A DNA stretch of 64,000 nt from the NCBI GenBank assembly GCA_964371155.1, contig CAYJLI010000005.1, positions 1,675-65,674 on the forward strand. The letters run 5' to 3'. Origin of the DNA: an uncultured Oscillospiraceae bacterium. GTDB taxonomy: Bacteria > Bacillota > Clostridia > Oscillospirales > Ruminococcaceae. This document shows positions 1-9,404 of the stretch, in pieces. Within the stretch, counting starts at the first letter, position 1. Every line of letters starts with the position of its first letter. Both the position numbers and the translations under genes were made by a program. The notes beneath the pieces are model-generated. The model searched no databases, was not told where the DNA came from, and saw nothing but the letters and a program-made list of their open reading frames with translations.

Positions 1-2
1 CC

Positions 3-3000
3 ACAGCTCCTGCAGGCTCGAGTAAATATTTATTTGTGGGTGGCATAGCTGGTATGAGTGGTGAAGTGAAAAACACATACAATCAAACCACACTTACCCA
101 TGAAGGCTTTGGAGCGGATCCAGATGTCTATTGGTCCGCTATAAGCAAAGAAATGGATTATGACAACACCTCAAACTACTGGATAAATGAAGATTTAAAG
201 GCATATAATAATATCTCGGTAAATATCGCAGACGATATTACAAGCCATGCTACATTTAATGCAGAGGGTAACCTCACCCCATATACATATGGCACACACA
301 CCCATACAATCATAGGCGGACATACCGATTTATTATCGGCACTGAACGAATATGTAGCACAAAATATCGAGGCAAACCCAATCTTATCCACATGGGGCGG
401 CACAGCAGCGGCACCTAATTTCGCCCCTGCCACAGGGCTTAGCGGTGTAGTAAGCGACGAAAGCGGTGTGCTTGCAGGAGTGTATGTCACTCTTTATGAT
501 GCTGGAGGCTCGGTAGTTGGCAAAGCTGTGACAAATGCGAGTGGTGAATATACTTTCAGCACAAAAACCGCAGGCGTATACCAGTTGCATGTAGCAAAAG
601 AGGGCAAACTCAGAACTACTAAACTCATTGACTTCCCTGTATCAGAAGGAAGCGATGTGGGCAACATCAAAATGATTACAATAGTACCATTTGATGACAA
701 TGAAATCAGCTCAATAGGTGAGCTTGCCTATTTCTCAGAGCAGGTAAGCACCTATGATGCTTATGCTGAGACAGGCGATAACTATGTGAACGAAACTATT
801 ACCCTAACTACTAACCTTGACCTAACAGGGTATAATTTCACCCCAATAGGAGATGGAGAGACCTATGATTTATGGGGTGGACGCTTCCAAGGTAATTTTG
901 ATGGTAACAACAAAACTATCACTGGGCTAAATATCAGCTCCATAAGCGAAAATGTAGGGCTTTTTGCCGAAGCAGGAAATGCTGGCAGTAGTAGTAATCC
1001 CGAAGCTGTAATCTACGCTATCTACGATTTAACACTTGAAAGCCCCGTTATCAGAGGTAATGCAAGGAGCTCCTCCTATGTGGGTAGCCTTATAGGTGTA
1101 GCCGTGGACAATCTTGGAATAAGCGATATCACGGTAAATAATCCAAATGTGAAAGGTACTGGAGCAGTTGGCGGTATAGTCGGTAATGGTACTTATCACA
1201 TTGAAGTGAGAAATGTAGAAGTAATAGGAGGAAGTGTTACTAATATTCCTTACGAGTACTCTGGTGCTGCAGGCGGTATAGTAGGTGGCAGTGTAACAAC
1301 TATTGACCATGCTACAAATACTTCCACTGTAACCTCGGCAGGTAATGCAGGGGGTATAGCAGGTGCAGGTGCAAGAGAAAAGATAACTAACTCTATAAAC
1401 ACAGGTAGCGTTACCTCTACATCCATAGATGGTGATGCAAGTAGCGGCACTGCATCTGGGATTGCCGCATCTGCGGGCAGTATAATTTCTGGTAATACAA
1501 ATAGTGGTATTATAAGCGCACCAAATGGCTATGCCGCAGGTATAGTGGCAGAAGCCGCTGCAAGTGCTAAAATTTATAACAATGAAAACTCGGGCAGCAT
1601 TATTTCGAGTGGGGAGAATATAGGCGGTATAGTGGCAAGGGCTGAGGGTGGCTCAAACAAAGCACCTGTGGAAATATACAATAATGTAAACACAGGCGAT
1701 ATTGAGTACTCCAGCGAAAAAGAAAATGAAGCAATCGGCGGTATACTCGGGTTTGCATGGAGCTTCTACGGTGAAGTACTTGTATATAATAACTACAATA
1801 CTGGCGATTTAGTAAACGCAAGCATCCACGATTATGGCAAAAATGCTTCATTTGGAGGTATAAGCGGTAGGGGCGGTAGCTTAAATAATAACTACAATAG
1901 TGGCGAACTACCCATACCATTCATCGACTCAACAGGAAGCAATTCAGACAATAATGTTGGTGGCTTAATGGGCTCGGTGGAGTCTTTAAACGACTATGTT
2001 AAAAACTCATACTTCTTCTCGCAGACATATACATTTGAGGGAGCAAACGACTTTGCAGGTATTGGAAATGCATATCATCATAGTGGCGATATAGTGTACA
2101 GCGGAAGCGGTAGCTTTGTCTCGGATGGTGCATTAACTGCGGTAGCGGGGCACACAATTTCGGCGAATACACTGCTTGAGGCACTCAATGCAAATGCAAT
2201 GACTATCACAGGTGCAAGACCTTGGGAAGCAGGCACAGGAGCGGACAGCTACCCTGTATTTGCACAACCTGTTACACTGAGCGGTACTATATATAGCAGT
2301 GATGCAATGCCAGCGGAGGGTGCTCTTGTAAGTCTAAGAGATCCTCACACTAATGGTGTTGTACAGGATACCATTGCTAATGCAGGCGGTGAATACAGCA
2401 TCACAGATGTAATCCAAGGCAATTATACCTTGGAAATAACAAAAGATGGCCATATGCCTGTAAGGATTTCATATCCTATAAATGCAACAGGCACAAAAAA
2501 TGTAACAATGCTAAAATATGAAGCCATCCCAGAAAGCAAGGTAATTACCACAGCAGGACAGCTTGCAACCCTTGCGAAATATGCACTTGATGGGGAGTAT
2601 ATTACGGAGTTTTCTTATAGTGAGAACACTGCATATAATAATTATATAGCAGAGCACAACTATACCCTCGGTGCTACCATAGACTTAAGTGATTATTACT
2701 GGACACCGATAGGCACAGAAGAAAACCCATTCTCTGGCGATTTAGATGGTAAGGGCAACACTATAACAGGGCTTACCATCGACAGTAACGACGATTACCA
2801 AGGCTTATTTGGGTATACTTCTGCGATAAATAGTGCAAGTTATGGCATTAAAAACAACGAAATTAAAAATATCAATTTAACAAATGTAAACATAGAAGCT
2901 AACCATTATGTAGGCACTTTAGCAGGCTATGTAAAAGAAACTCAAATTGATAGTGTCAATGTATCTTCGGCTACACTCACAGGCGAGCACGCCGTTGGCG

Positions 3001-6000
3001 GTATGGCAGGTATGCTATCGCAATATAGTTCATATATTAGGAACAGTGTTAATGTGCTAAATTCCTCAATAAATGCGACTGTAACAGCTACAAACGGTGC
3101 TGCAGGCGGATTTGCTGGAAGAGCTTATGCATACAATGGATATGGTGGTAGCAGTTCCACCCCTGTTCTTAACTCTGTTAATATCACCGACTCCACCATG
3201 AAAGGCAGTGTAAGTGGTACTTATGCAGGTGGCTTCTTAGGCTACTTGAGCAGTTCATATCAGGCACATGATGGCTCCTCCGAAACCACTGAAAGCGGTG
3301 CGAGAATGACAAATCTTGTCAACGAAGCCACTGTTACAGGTGTAAACGGTGCAGGTGGTATATATGGATATGTATATGACAGATACGGTTTTGATGACGA
3401 CGAAATTACCAACCAAGTGCTGAGTATAAACTGTGAAAATAAAGGTGCTGTAACAGCTAATAACACAAATGTAAGCGGTTCGCTTGGTGCAGAAGCTTAT
3501 GGTATAGGCGGTAACATAGTATTTAACAGTAAAAATACCGCACCTGTAACTGCGACATCACCATCAGGTACCTCTTATGCTTACGGTATAGCTCTTGATA
3601 GAGTATACAACAGCTACAACTCCTCCACAGTAACAGCCACATCGAAAAACACGGCTACGGCGTATATCATAAGCAGACCTGACGAAAGCACAGAAAATAG
3701 TAACGACAGCGGAGCAAGAATAGTTTATGGAACTGACAATACAGAGCTCCCTACAACAAACTACTATCTCACTTCTGCACTGGGTAGTGCACAAACTGTT
3801 TCATATGATGAAGCTATAACCACACCCGAAGCACTGCAAATAGCGTTAAACGATTGGGTGAATGAATATAAAATAGTGGAGCTTAACAACTCACTTATTA
3901 GCATGAGTGCCCTTGCAAACTGGCAAAATAACCCGACAGCAGGCGGCTACCCAATATATGCAATCCCAGCCACGGTAACCTACCATGCAAATGGTGCCAC
4001 AAGTGGTACTGTGCCGGTATACTCTGGGGCACAGGAATACACAGGCGGTGAGCATGTAATTCTTGCAAACAGCGGTAACCTCGCTAAAACAAATGCAATA
4101 CTCTCAGGTTGGAGCACAAGCCCTACCGATACCACAAATGTATATGCTGAGGGTGAGAAAGTTCCACTAACAAGCAGTGCGGTAAACTTATACGCAGTAT
4201 GGGGAATGGATATTTCCGATGCAGATGTAAGGGTAACAGAAACCTACACCTATAATGGCACTGTGCAGAATATAGACTACGCAGTATACGCAAATGGTGC
4301 ACTCCTCACAAAAGATACCCACTACACAGTGGAGAGTATTCACCTAAAAGGAGCTACCACAAATCTTTCCAGTATAATCGATGCAGGTAGCTATGAAATC
4401 ACCCTTAAAGGTAAAGGCATTTACACTGGTACACATACATTTGATTTAGTTACAGTAAATCAGCAGCTACTCACAGTGGATAGTGATTCCTATGGAACCC
4501 TAACAAAAATGTATGATGGCACCACAAATCCACCGACTAATTATGGCACTACAATAGATACCAATAACCCAGACTGTACAGTGGATGTAGATTCACTCAG
4601 CAATTACACGAGAGCCGATGTGGATTATGATTACAACCAAATTACCCTAACATTTGGCGATATCAATGTTCCAGCAGGGGAAAAGGCTTCAAACTACAAA
4701 ATAAGCTCAAATACCCTAACTCTACCGGCTGAGATTACACCTTACCTAATTAAATCGGTAGGTGCAGGCACAGTTAAAGTGACCAAGACATATGATAAAA
4801 CCAACACAGCAGGAGCGGCAACAGGAGCACTAACTCCATATGGCGCAAGCGGTGCAGCTACACCGACGGACGATGTGATAGTTAACTTTACAATAGGAAA
4901 CTATGACTCAGCAAATGTTGGAAGCGGTATTACTCTAACAGTAACTCCTACAACTTTAGGTGGCTCAGGAGCGGCAAACTACGCACTCGATTTAACCGAA
5001 GCAAGCACTACACTTGCAGTGGGTATCATTACAGCCGCACCATATCAGGTGAATATTTCACCTCAAACACCATCCATAAAAGCTGGTAGTGATGTGCAGG
5101 ATGTTAAAGATGCGATTACTGTTTCCACAGTGGGTGTTGATGGTGAAGAACCTATTGGTAGCATTGTTTACTACACAGATGCAAGCCGTGAAACAGTGCT
5201 AAATGATGCATTCATGCAGGCAGTTCGTGCAGGCGATACCGAAACTATCTACTGGACATATACACTGAGCAGTTCTCCAATCAATGCAAACTACAATACC
5301 ACCCCAAGAGAGGGCTCGTTTGTAATGAGTATCGTGGACGGTGACCCACAGATAGTTACTTTCGCTGACACAAGCTTAGTTAAAACATACGGCGATGGTG
5401 CATTTACAAACACAGCAACTGTTAAGGTAAATAACGCCCCAGTAAACGCTTCTGCAAGAACACGCTACACAAGCTCTGTTCCAAGCGTGGCAACTGTTGA
5501 TGCAAGCAGTGGCGAAGTTACAATAGTTGGTGCAGGTAGCACGGTAATCACTGCAGATGTATCGGCAGTACCCGGCGAATATGTGGCAGGTAGCGGAAAC
5601 TACGCTCTCACAGTCAATGAAAAGGATATATCCATCACAATGGATAATGCAGAACGTGAATTTGGAAAAGCAAATCCGTCCTTTACATTCACAGTGGATG
5701 ACCCCACATTATTTGTTGCAAGCGATGATGAAGCAGATTTAGCGGTTACCCCGTCCACCACAGCAGTAGCTACTTCAAATGTAGGTACTTATCCAATCAC
5801 AGCGGTTTCGGGAGCGACTAACTACAATGTAACCGTTAATGACGGTACACTCTCGGTTACTAAAACAGCACATACCAATGCACAAACAGCTAAACTTGTA
5901 AAATTCAGCATGACGGATGAGCAAGTAGTTGATTTAATGCCATATATTCCTACAAATGCAGGAACTATAACCGCCATGGATGTAGTGGAAACAGATACTC

Positions 6001-7790
6001 AGAACATAGTAAATACTTTAAGCGCTGATATAACCAACAGAGAAGCTAAATTCACACTTGAAACGCTAACAGAAGCAAATGTAGGCAACACAGCAACACT
6101 TAAAGTAACTATTACAACTGAGAACTATCGAGATATAGTGGTTACAATTAATCTAACGATAGTAGAAAAAGACATTCAGACAAACTTTGCATTTGTGGTA
6201 GCCGATAAAACTGTAAGCTATGGGGATGCAAACTTTACCGAAACCGCAAGCGGTCAGGTAGAGGGCAGTAGCGTGAGCTATGAAAGTAGCAATCAGGATG
6301 TAGCAACAGTAAATGCTACAACTGGAGAAGTTACCATCAAGGGAGCAGGTAATACAACTATTACAGCTACCGCAAGCACAACTGTTGACTACGCAGAAGC
6401 TACCGACAGCTATGCACTTACAGTTGAGCAGGTACCACTCGAGCTTAAAGCCGAAAGCCTTGCAATCTACCTTGGCGATAGTGTACCAAGCACATTTGAA
6501 ATAACCTACACAGGATTTATTACAGGTGAGGACAGCTCAGTACTCGGAGCAAATGCGTACACAGCGAGCACAGTCGCAGACGGAAGCACAGCAGGAGAGT
6601 TTGTAATTGAAATAACTGGAGCAACCACAAATAATAACTATGCGATTACCATAGTACATGGTGAGCTAAAAGTACTTGCGCCGGTTACCTCCCCAACACT
6701 TCCAGACCCAATTCCAGATGATATTGATGTCCCAGACCCAGTGCTTCATGTTCCAGCCGATGTAGTGCTCGAGCGTGAAGACGGCTATCAGGTAGCTCCT
6801 GATACAGCAAAACTTTCGGTTACTTCGGGAGTTTCCACAGTACAGGAAGACAAACTCACAGAAGAAGCACCGGAAAATGCTATCAGAACAGTATTCCTTG
6901 AAATCAGCTTAGTGGACGGCAGTGGAAATAAACTGCAACCAAATGGCATGATAGAAATATTCATCCCATACGAAGACTTAGCCGATTTAACACAGAGCAG
7001 TAACATCAGAGTACTTCATTTAAGAGATGATGGCAGCTTTGAAACACTCACACCAACCAGACTTCTAAACGGTATTAAGTTTGAAGTATCAAGCCTATCA
7101 CCATTTATGATTTACGAAGTTGAGAGAAATTCTACTTCGAGTAGTTCGGGCGGTGGAAGCTCCTACGACCCAGTAATGGAAGAGTATGAGTTCTGGGAAG
7201 CTGTGAAAGAAGCAATAAGAGAGGCTGAAGAAGGCGATACAATCACGGTTAAGGCAGAAGATTACGACAGAATGCCTTGGACAGCAATGGAGCTTCTAAA
7301 CGAATACCATGTAAATCTAATTATCCAGTGGGACGGCGGAGAAGATGTATTAATCCCTGCCGGTGAAGCTCAAGAAAAGGTATATGGCAGAATTTACTGG
7401 CCACTTTCAAAACTTGTAGAGCTCTATGAAGGCGCAAGCATTGACGAAGATGCAATGCCCGAGGAAGCACCTGAGCAGGTAAATCCACAGACGGGTGGAA
7501 CACTTCCAAGCGGAGGAGCACATCACATTGTTGCCGCTGTGAGCACACCAGTAACACAGCCTGCAAGTGAAAATGGCACAAGCGAAGAAGTAAAAGAAGT
7601 AACACCTCCGACAGCAGGCTTTGAAGCAAGTGCATATATCGGCACACAGGATGCTATAATAGCACTTGAGGAGCAGTCTGACAGCAGAATGCAGCTGATT
7701 ATCAATAGCATTGCAATAGGAATCATTGCCATATCTGCGGCAGGAGCGTTCTTCTACTCCAAGCATAAAAAACTACCTAAGGTAGATTAG
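3..7790 (+). CDS. Giant cell-surface/adhesin-like protein, 5'-truncated by the window edge (>2590 aa). Two GLUG-motif repeat blocks, each preceded by a CarboxypepD_reg-like beta-sandwich; one Listeria-Bacteroides (Flg_new) repeat; a long run of MBG/YDG-type and Big_2 Ig-like repeats; Pro/Asp linker; C-terminal TM helix with basic tail
   Basis: Frame 3 is open from nt 3 with no stop upstream of the GTG at 36, so the N-terminus lies outside the window. Motifs read from the translation: repeated GGIAG/GGIVG/GGLMG units at nt ~700-2260 and ~2540-3900; SGVVSDESGVLAGVYVTLYDAGGSVVGKAVTNASGEYTF (nt ~440-680) and LSGTIYSSDAMPAEGALVSLRD..GGEYSITDV (nt ~2280-2530); VTYHANGATSGTVP..LSGWSTSP..LYAVW (nt ~3970-4205); YTSSVPSVATVDASSGEVTIVGAGSTVITA and YESSNQDVATVNATTGEVTIKGAGNTTITA (Big_2-like). 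Hydrophobic LIINSIAIGIIAISAAGAFFY plus SKHKK at the C-terminus; TAG stop at 7788-7790. Confidence 0.85.
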   Translation, partial: TAPAGSSKYLFVGGIAGMSGEVKNTYNQTTLTHEGFGADPDVYWSAISKEMDYDNTSNYWINEDLKAYNNISVNIADDITSHATFNAEGNLTPYTYGTHTHTIIGGHTDLLSALNEYVAQNIEANPILSTWGGTAAAPNFAPATGLSGVVSDESGVLAGVYVTLYDAGGSVVGKAVTNASGEYTFSTKTAGVYQLHVAKEGKLRTTKLIDFPVSEGSDVGNIKMITIVPFDDNEISSIGELAYFSEQVSTYDAYAETGDNYVNETITLTTNLDLTGYNFTPIGDGETYDLWGGRFQGNFDGNNKTITGLNISSISENVGLFAEAGNAGSSSNPEAVIYAIYDLTLESPVIRGNARSSSYVGSLIGVAVDNLGISDITVNNPNVKGTGAVGGIVGNGTYHIEVRNVEVIGGSVTNIPYEYSGAAGGIVGGSVTTIDHATNTSTVTSAGNAGGIAGAGAREKITNSINTGSVTSTSIDGDASSGTASGIAASAGSIISGNTNSGIISAPNGYAAGIVAEAAASAKIYNNENSGSIISSGENIGGIVARAEGGSNKAPVEIYNNVNTGDIEYSSEKENEAIGGILGFAWSFYGEVLVYNNYNTGDLVNASIHDYGKNASFGGISGRGGSLNNNYNSGELPIPFIDSTGSNSDNNVGGLMGSVESLNDYVKNSYFFSQTYTFEGANDFAGIGNAYHHSGDIVYSGSGSFVSDGALTAVAGHTISANTLLEALNANAMTITGARPWEAGTGADSYPVFAQPVTLSGTIYSSDAMPAEGALVSLRDPHTNGVVQDTIANAGGEYSITDVIQGNYTLEITKDGHMPVRISYPINATGTKNVTMLKYEAIPESKVITTAGQLATLAKYALDGEYITEFSYSENTAYNNYIAEHNYTLGATIDLSDYYWTPIGTEENPFSGDLDGKGNTITGLTIDSNDDYQGLFGYTSAINSASYGIKNNEIKNINLTNVNIEANHYVGTLAGYVKETQIDSVNVSSATLTGEHAVGGMAGMLSQYSSYIRNSVNVLNSSINATVTATNGAAGGFAGRAYAYNGYGGSSSTPVLNSVNITDSTMKGSVSGTYAGGFLGYLSSSYQAHDGSSETTESGARMTNLVNEATVTGVNGAGGIYGYVYDRYGFDDDEITNQVLSINCENKGAVTANNTNVSGSLGAEAYGIGGNIVFNSKNTAPVTATSPSGTSYAYGIALDRVYNSYNSSTVTATSKNTATAYIISRPDESTENSNDSGARIVYGTDNTELPTTNYYLTSALGSAQTVSYDEAITTPEALQIALNDWVNEYKIVELNNSLISMSALANWQNNPTAGGYPIYAIPATVTYHANGATSGTVPVYSGAQEYTGGEHVILANSGNLAKTNAILSGWSTSPTDTTNVYAEGEKVPLTSSAVNLYAVWGMDISDADVRVTETYTYNGTVQNIDYAVYANGALLTKDTHYTVESIHLKGATTNLSSIIDAGSYEITLKGKGIYTGTHTFDLVTVNQQLLTVDSDSYGTLTKMYDGTTNPPTNYGTTIDTNNPDCTVDVDSLSNYTRADVDYDYNQITLTFGDINVPAGEKASNYKISSNTLTLPAEITPYLIKSVGAGTVKVTKTYDKTNTAGAATGALTPYGASGAATPTDDVIVNFTIGNYDSANVGSGITLTVTPTTLGGSGAANYALDLTEASTTLAVGIITAAPYQVNISPQTPSIKAGSDVQDVKDAITVSTVGVDGEEPIGSIVYYTDASRETVLNDAFMQAVRAGDTETIYWTYTLSSSPINANYNTTPREGSFVMSIVDGDPQIVTFADTSLVKTYGDGAFTNTATVKVNNAPVNASARTRYTSSVPSVATVDASSGEVTIVGAGSTVITADVSAVPGEYVAGSGNYALTVNEKDISITMDNAEREFGKANPSFTFTVDDPTLFVASDDEADLAVTPSTTAVATSNVGTYPITAVSGATNYNVTVNDGTLSVTKTAHTNAQTAKLVKFSMTDEQVVDLMPYIPTNAGTITAMDVVETDTQNIVNTLSADITNREAKFTLETLTEANVGNTATLKVTITTENYRDIVVTINLTIVEKDIQTNFAFVVADKTVSYGDANFTETASGQVEGSSVSYESSNQDVATVNATTGEVTIKGAGNTTITATASTTVDYAEATDSYALTVEQVPLELKAESLAIYLGDSVPSTFEITYTGFITGEDSSVLGANAYTASTVADGSTAGEFVIEITGATTNNNYAITIVHGELKVLAPVTSPTLPDPIPDDIDVPDPVLHVPADVVLEREDGYQVAPDTAKLSVTSGVSTVQEDKLTEEAPENAIRTVFLEISLVDGSGNKLQPNGMIEIFIPYEDLADLTQSSNIRVLHLRDDGSFETLTPTRLLNGIKFEVSSLSPFMIYEVERNSTSSSSGGGSSYDPVMEEYEFWEAVKEAIREAEEGDTITVKAEDYDRMPWTAMELLNEYHVNLIIQWDGGEDVLIPAGEAQEKVYGRIYWPLSKLVELYEGASIDEDAMPEEAPEQVNPQTGGTLPSGGAHHIVAAVSTPVTQPASENGTSEEVKEVTPPTAGFEASAYIGTQDAIIALEEQSDSRMQLIINSIAIGIIAISAAGAFFYSKHKKLPKVD

Positions 7791-7827
7791 TCTTAAATTA
7801 TTATTAAACAGGTAATCAAAGTATAAA

Positions 7828-7878
7828 CCGCCCCCCAATGCTTAGACCTTAAATCTAAGTATTGGGGGGCGGTTATAT
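7828..7878 (+). terminator. Hairpin terminator after the giant surface-protein gene
   Basis: ccgccccccaat (7828-7839) pairs perfectly with attggggggcgg (7861-7872) across a 21-nt loop. The downstream U-tract is short (ttatatgt), so strength is uncertain. Confidence 0.6.
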
Positions 7879-7890
7879 GTGTCTTATGCT

Positions 7891-8012
7891 ATTCATTTTT
7901 CAGGCTCCGCTTACTTATTTATGGGGCTTTGCCCCATACCCCACGATTTTTTGAAAAAAATCGAGTAAAACTTTATTTTTCGCTATTTTGCGTACCCCAC
8001 GGCTATCCCCTC
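7891..8012 (-). repeat. Mosaic intergenic repeat, copy 1 (B-end fragment + module A + tail), reverse orientation relative to the 51-kb and 57-kb copies
   Basis: 7921-7971 atggggctttgccccataccccacgattttttgaaaaaaatcgagtaaaac is the reverse complement of the 51-nt module at 51113-51163 and 57650-57700, and is co-oriented with 25504-25554. Flanks (ggctccgcttacttattt; ttcgctattttgcg) resemble module B pieces. It fills the gap between two convergent genes. Confidence 0.85.
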
Positions 8013-8013
8013 T

Positions 8014-8601
8014 TTACAGCTGCACATAAGCGTCGGGGCGGATATTTTCAGCCTCTGCTTTGTCGTGCGTTATATATATAATAGTTTTCCCCTTTGCCTC
8101 ATTTCTCACAAAATCAATTGTTTTAGCCTTTATATCGTCGTCAAGCCCTTTAAATGGCTCGTCCAAGATTAAAATATCATATTCTGCATAGAGCGCTCGC
8201 AAAATTGCTGTGCGCCTTTTCATACCACCCGATAGCGTGCCTGCTTTTTTCTCTCCAAAACTTAATAATCCCACCGCCGAAAGCCCGTAGTCCATCCTTG
8301 CTTTGCTCATGCCTTCAAGGCTGTCTTTTCTAAGGTGGGGCAATAATAGATTGGCATACACATCAAGGTGCTCGCATAATCTGTCTTCTTGGAAAACTGC
8401 GCTTATCCTTAAATTTTCAAGCCCTGTTATACTACCTTCGTCGGGCATTTGAAGCCCCATTAGCATTCTTATCAAGGTGGTTTTCCCGCTCCCCGATTGC
8501 CCCATAATACAGGTGAGTTTGTTTTTTTGAAAGGATAAATTTAGCTTATCAAAAACTACTACATCTCCATATTTTTTTGATACATCACTTAGTACAATCA
8601 T
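8014..8601 (-). CDS. ABC transporter ATP-binding protein (NitT/TauT-like importer)
   Basis: 195-aa ORF with Walker A GQSGSGKTT, signature LSGGMKRR and Walker B ILILDEP; 4-nt overlap with the upstream permease gene. Confidence 0.9.
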   Translation of the reverse strand: MIVLSDVSKKYGDVVVFDKLNLSFQKNKLTCIMGQSGSGKTTLIRMLMGLQMPDEGSITGLENLRISAVFQEDRLCEHLDVYANLLLPHLRKDSLEGMSKARMDYGLSAVGLLSFGEKKAGTLSGGMKRRTAILRALYAEYDILILDEPFKGLDDDIKAKTIDFVRNEAKGKTIIYITHDKAEAENIRPDAYVQL

Positions 8602-9404
8602 TGTATATTAACCCTCCCAAGCCTTTTATTTATAGCTTCTATGAGTGCTGTAAATGTTTTTTCAAATACAAAGCTTATGATTATAATAACAATAGTCCAA
8701 GCGAAAAGTCTGGGAGTATCAAGGAAAATTTTCGCTTCGTAAAGGTTTTCCCCTATCGAATTATCGGGCAATCCAATTACCTCTGCGGCAATTCCGGCTT
8801 TAAAACACATTCCAAGCCCCACCGTGGATGCAGATTTAAAAAAGGGCATTATCTGTGGGATTATAATATATCTAATCTTTGTTTTTGCCGATATATTAAA
8901 AATGCTTGCCATCTCATTTAGTTGCCTATCAAGGCTATTAATGCCCATTAATACATTTGTGTAGACTATTGGCATTACCATAATAAAGCTTATGAAAACT
9001 GAAATATTATCGGCGGAAATCCATATTAAAATTAGTATAATTATCGAAGCCACCGGTACTGATTTTGAAACCAAAATAAATGGGCTGATAATCTGCTTAA
9101 ATATTTCTGATTTATGCGATATTGCCGCTGAGAGAACCCCAAGGGACACAGCAAGCAAAAAGCCTAAAGTTATTTTTAGCATGGAGTGCAGGAGGGATTG
9201 CCAAAAATAAGCTTCCCCCAGCAGAGCAAACAATTCACCAAACACCAATAACGGCGACGGCAATAATATCCGTGAATTCACTATCATGCTAAAAAACTGC
9301 CAAAGGGCTATCCAAAACAGGATAACCCAAATAGGCAGGTATTGTTTTTTTATATTGTCGCCATTTTTATTCATAATAGAAGGCATCATTTGGTAAAGCA
9401 CCAC
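8598..9404 (-). CDS. ABC transporter permease (binding-protein-dependent, TauC/SsuC-like)
   Basis: 268-aa hydrophobic ORF with an EAA-like loop (DRQLNEMASIFNISAKTKIRYIIIPQIMPF). The start is uncertain (9404, 9389 or 9374); the longest form overlaps the SBP gene end. Confidence 0.85.
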   Translation of the reverse strand: MVLYQMMPSIMNKNGDNIKKQYLPIWVILFWIALWQFFSMIVNSRILLPSPLLVFGELFALLGEAYFWQSLLHSMLKITLGFLLAVSLGVLSAAISHKSEIFKQIISPFILVSKSVPVASIIILILIWISADNISVFISFIMVMPIVYTNVLMGINSLDRQLNEMASIFNISAKTKIRYIIIPQIMPFFKSASTVGLGMCFKAGIAAEVIGLPDNSIGENLYEAKIFLDTPRLFAWTIVIIIISFVFEKTFTALIEAINKRLGRVNIQ

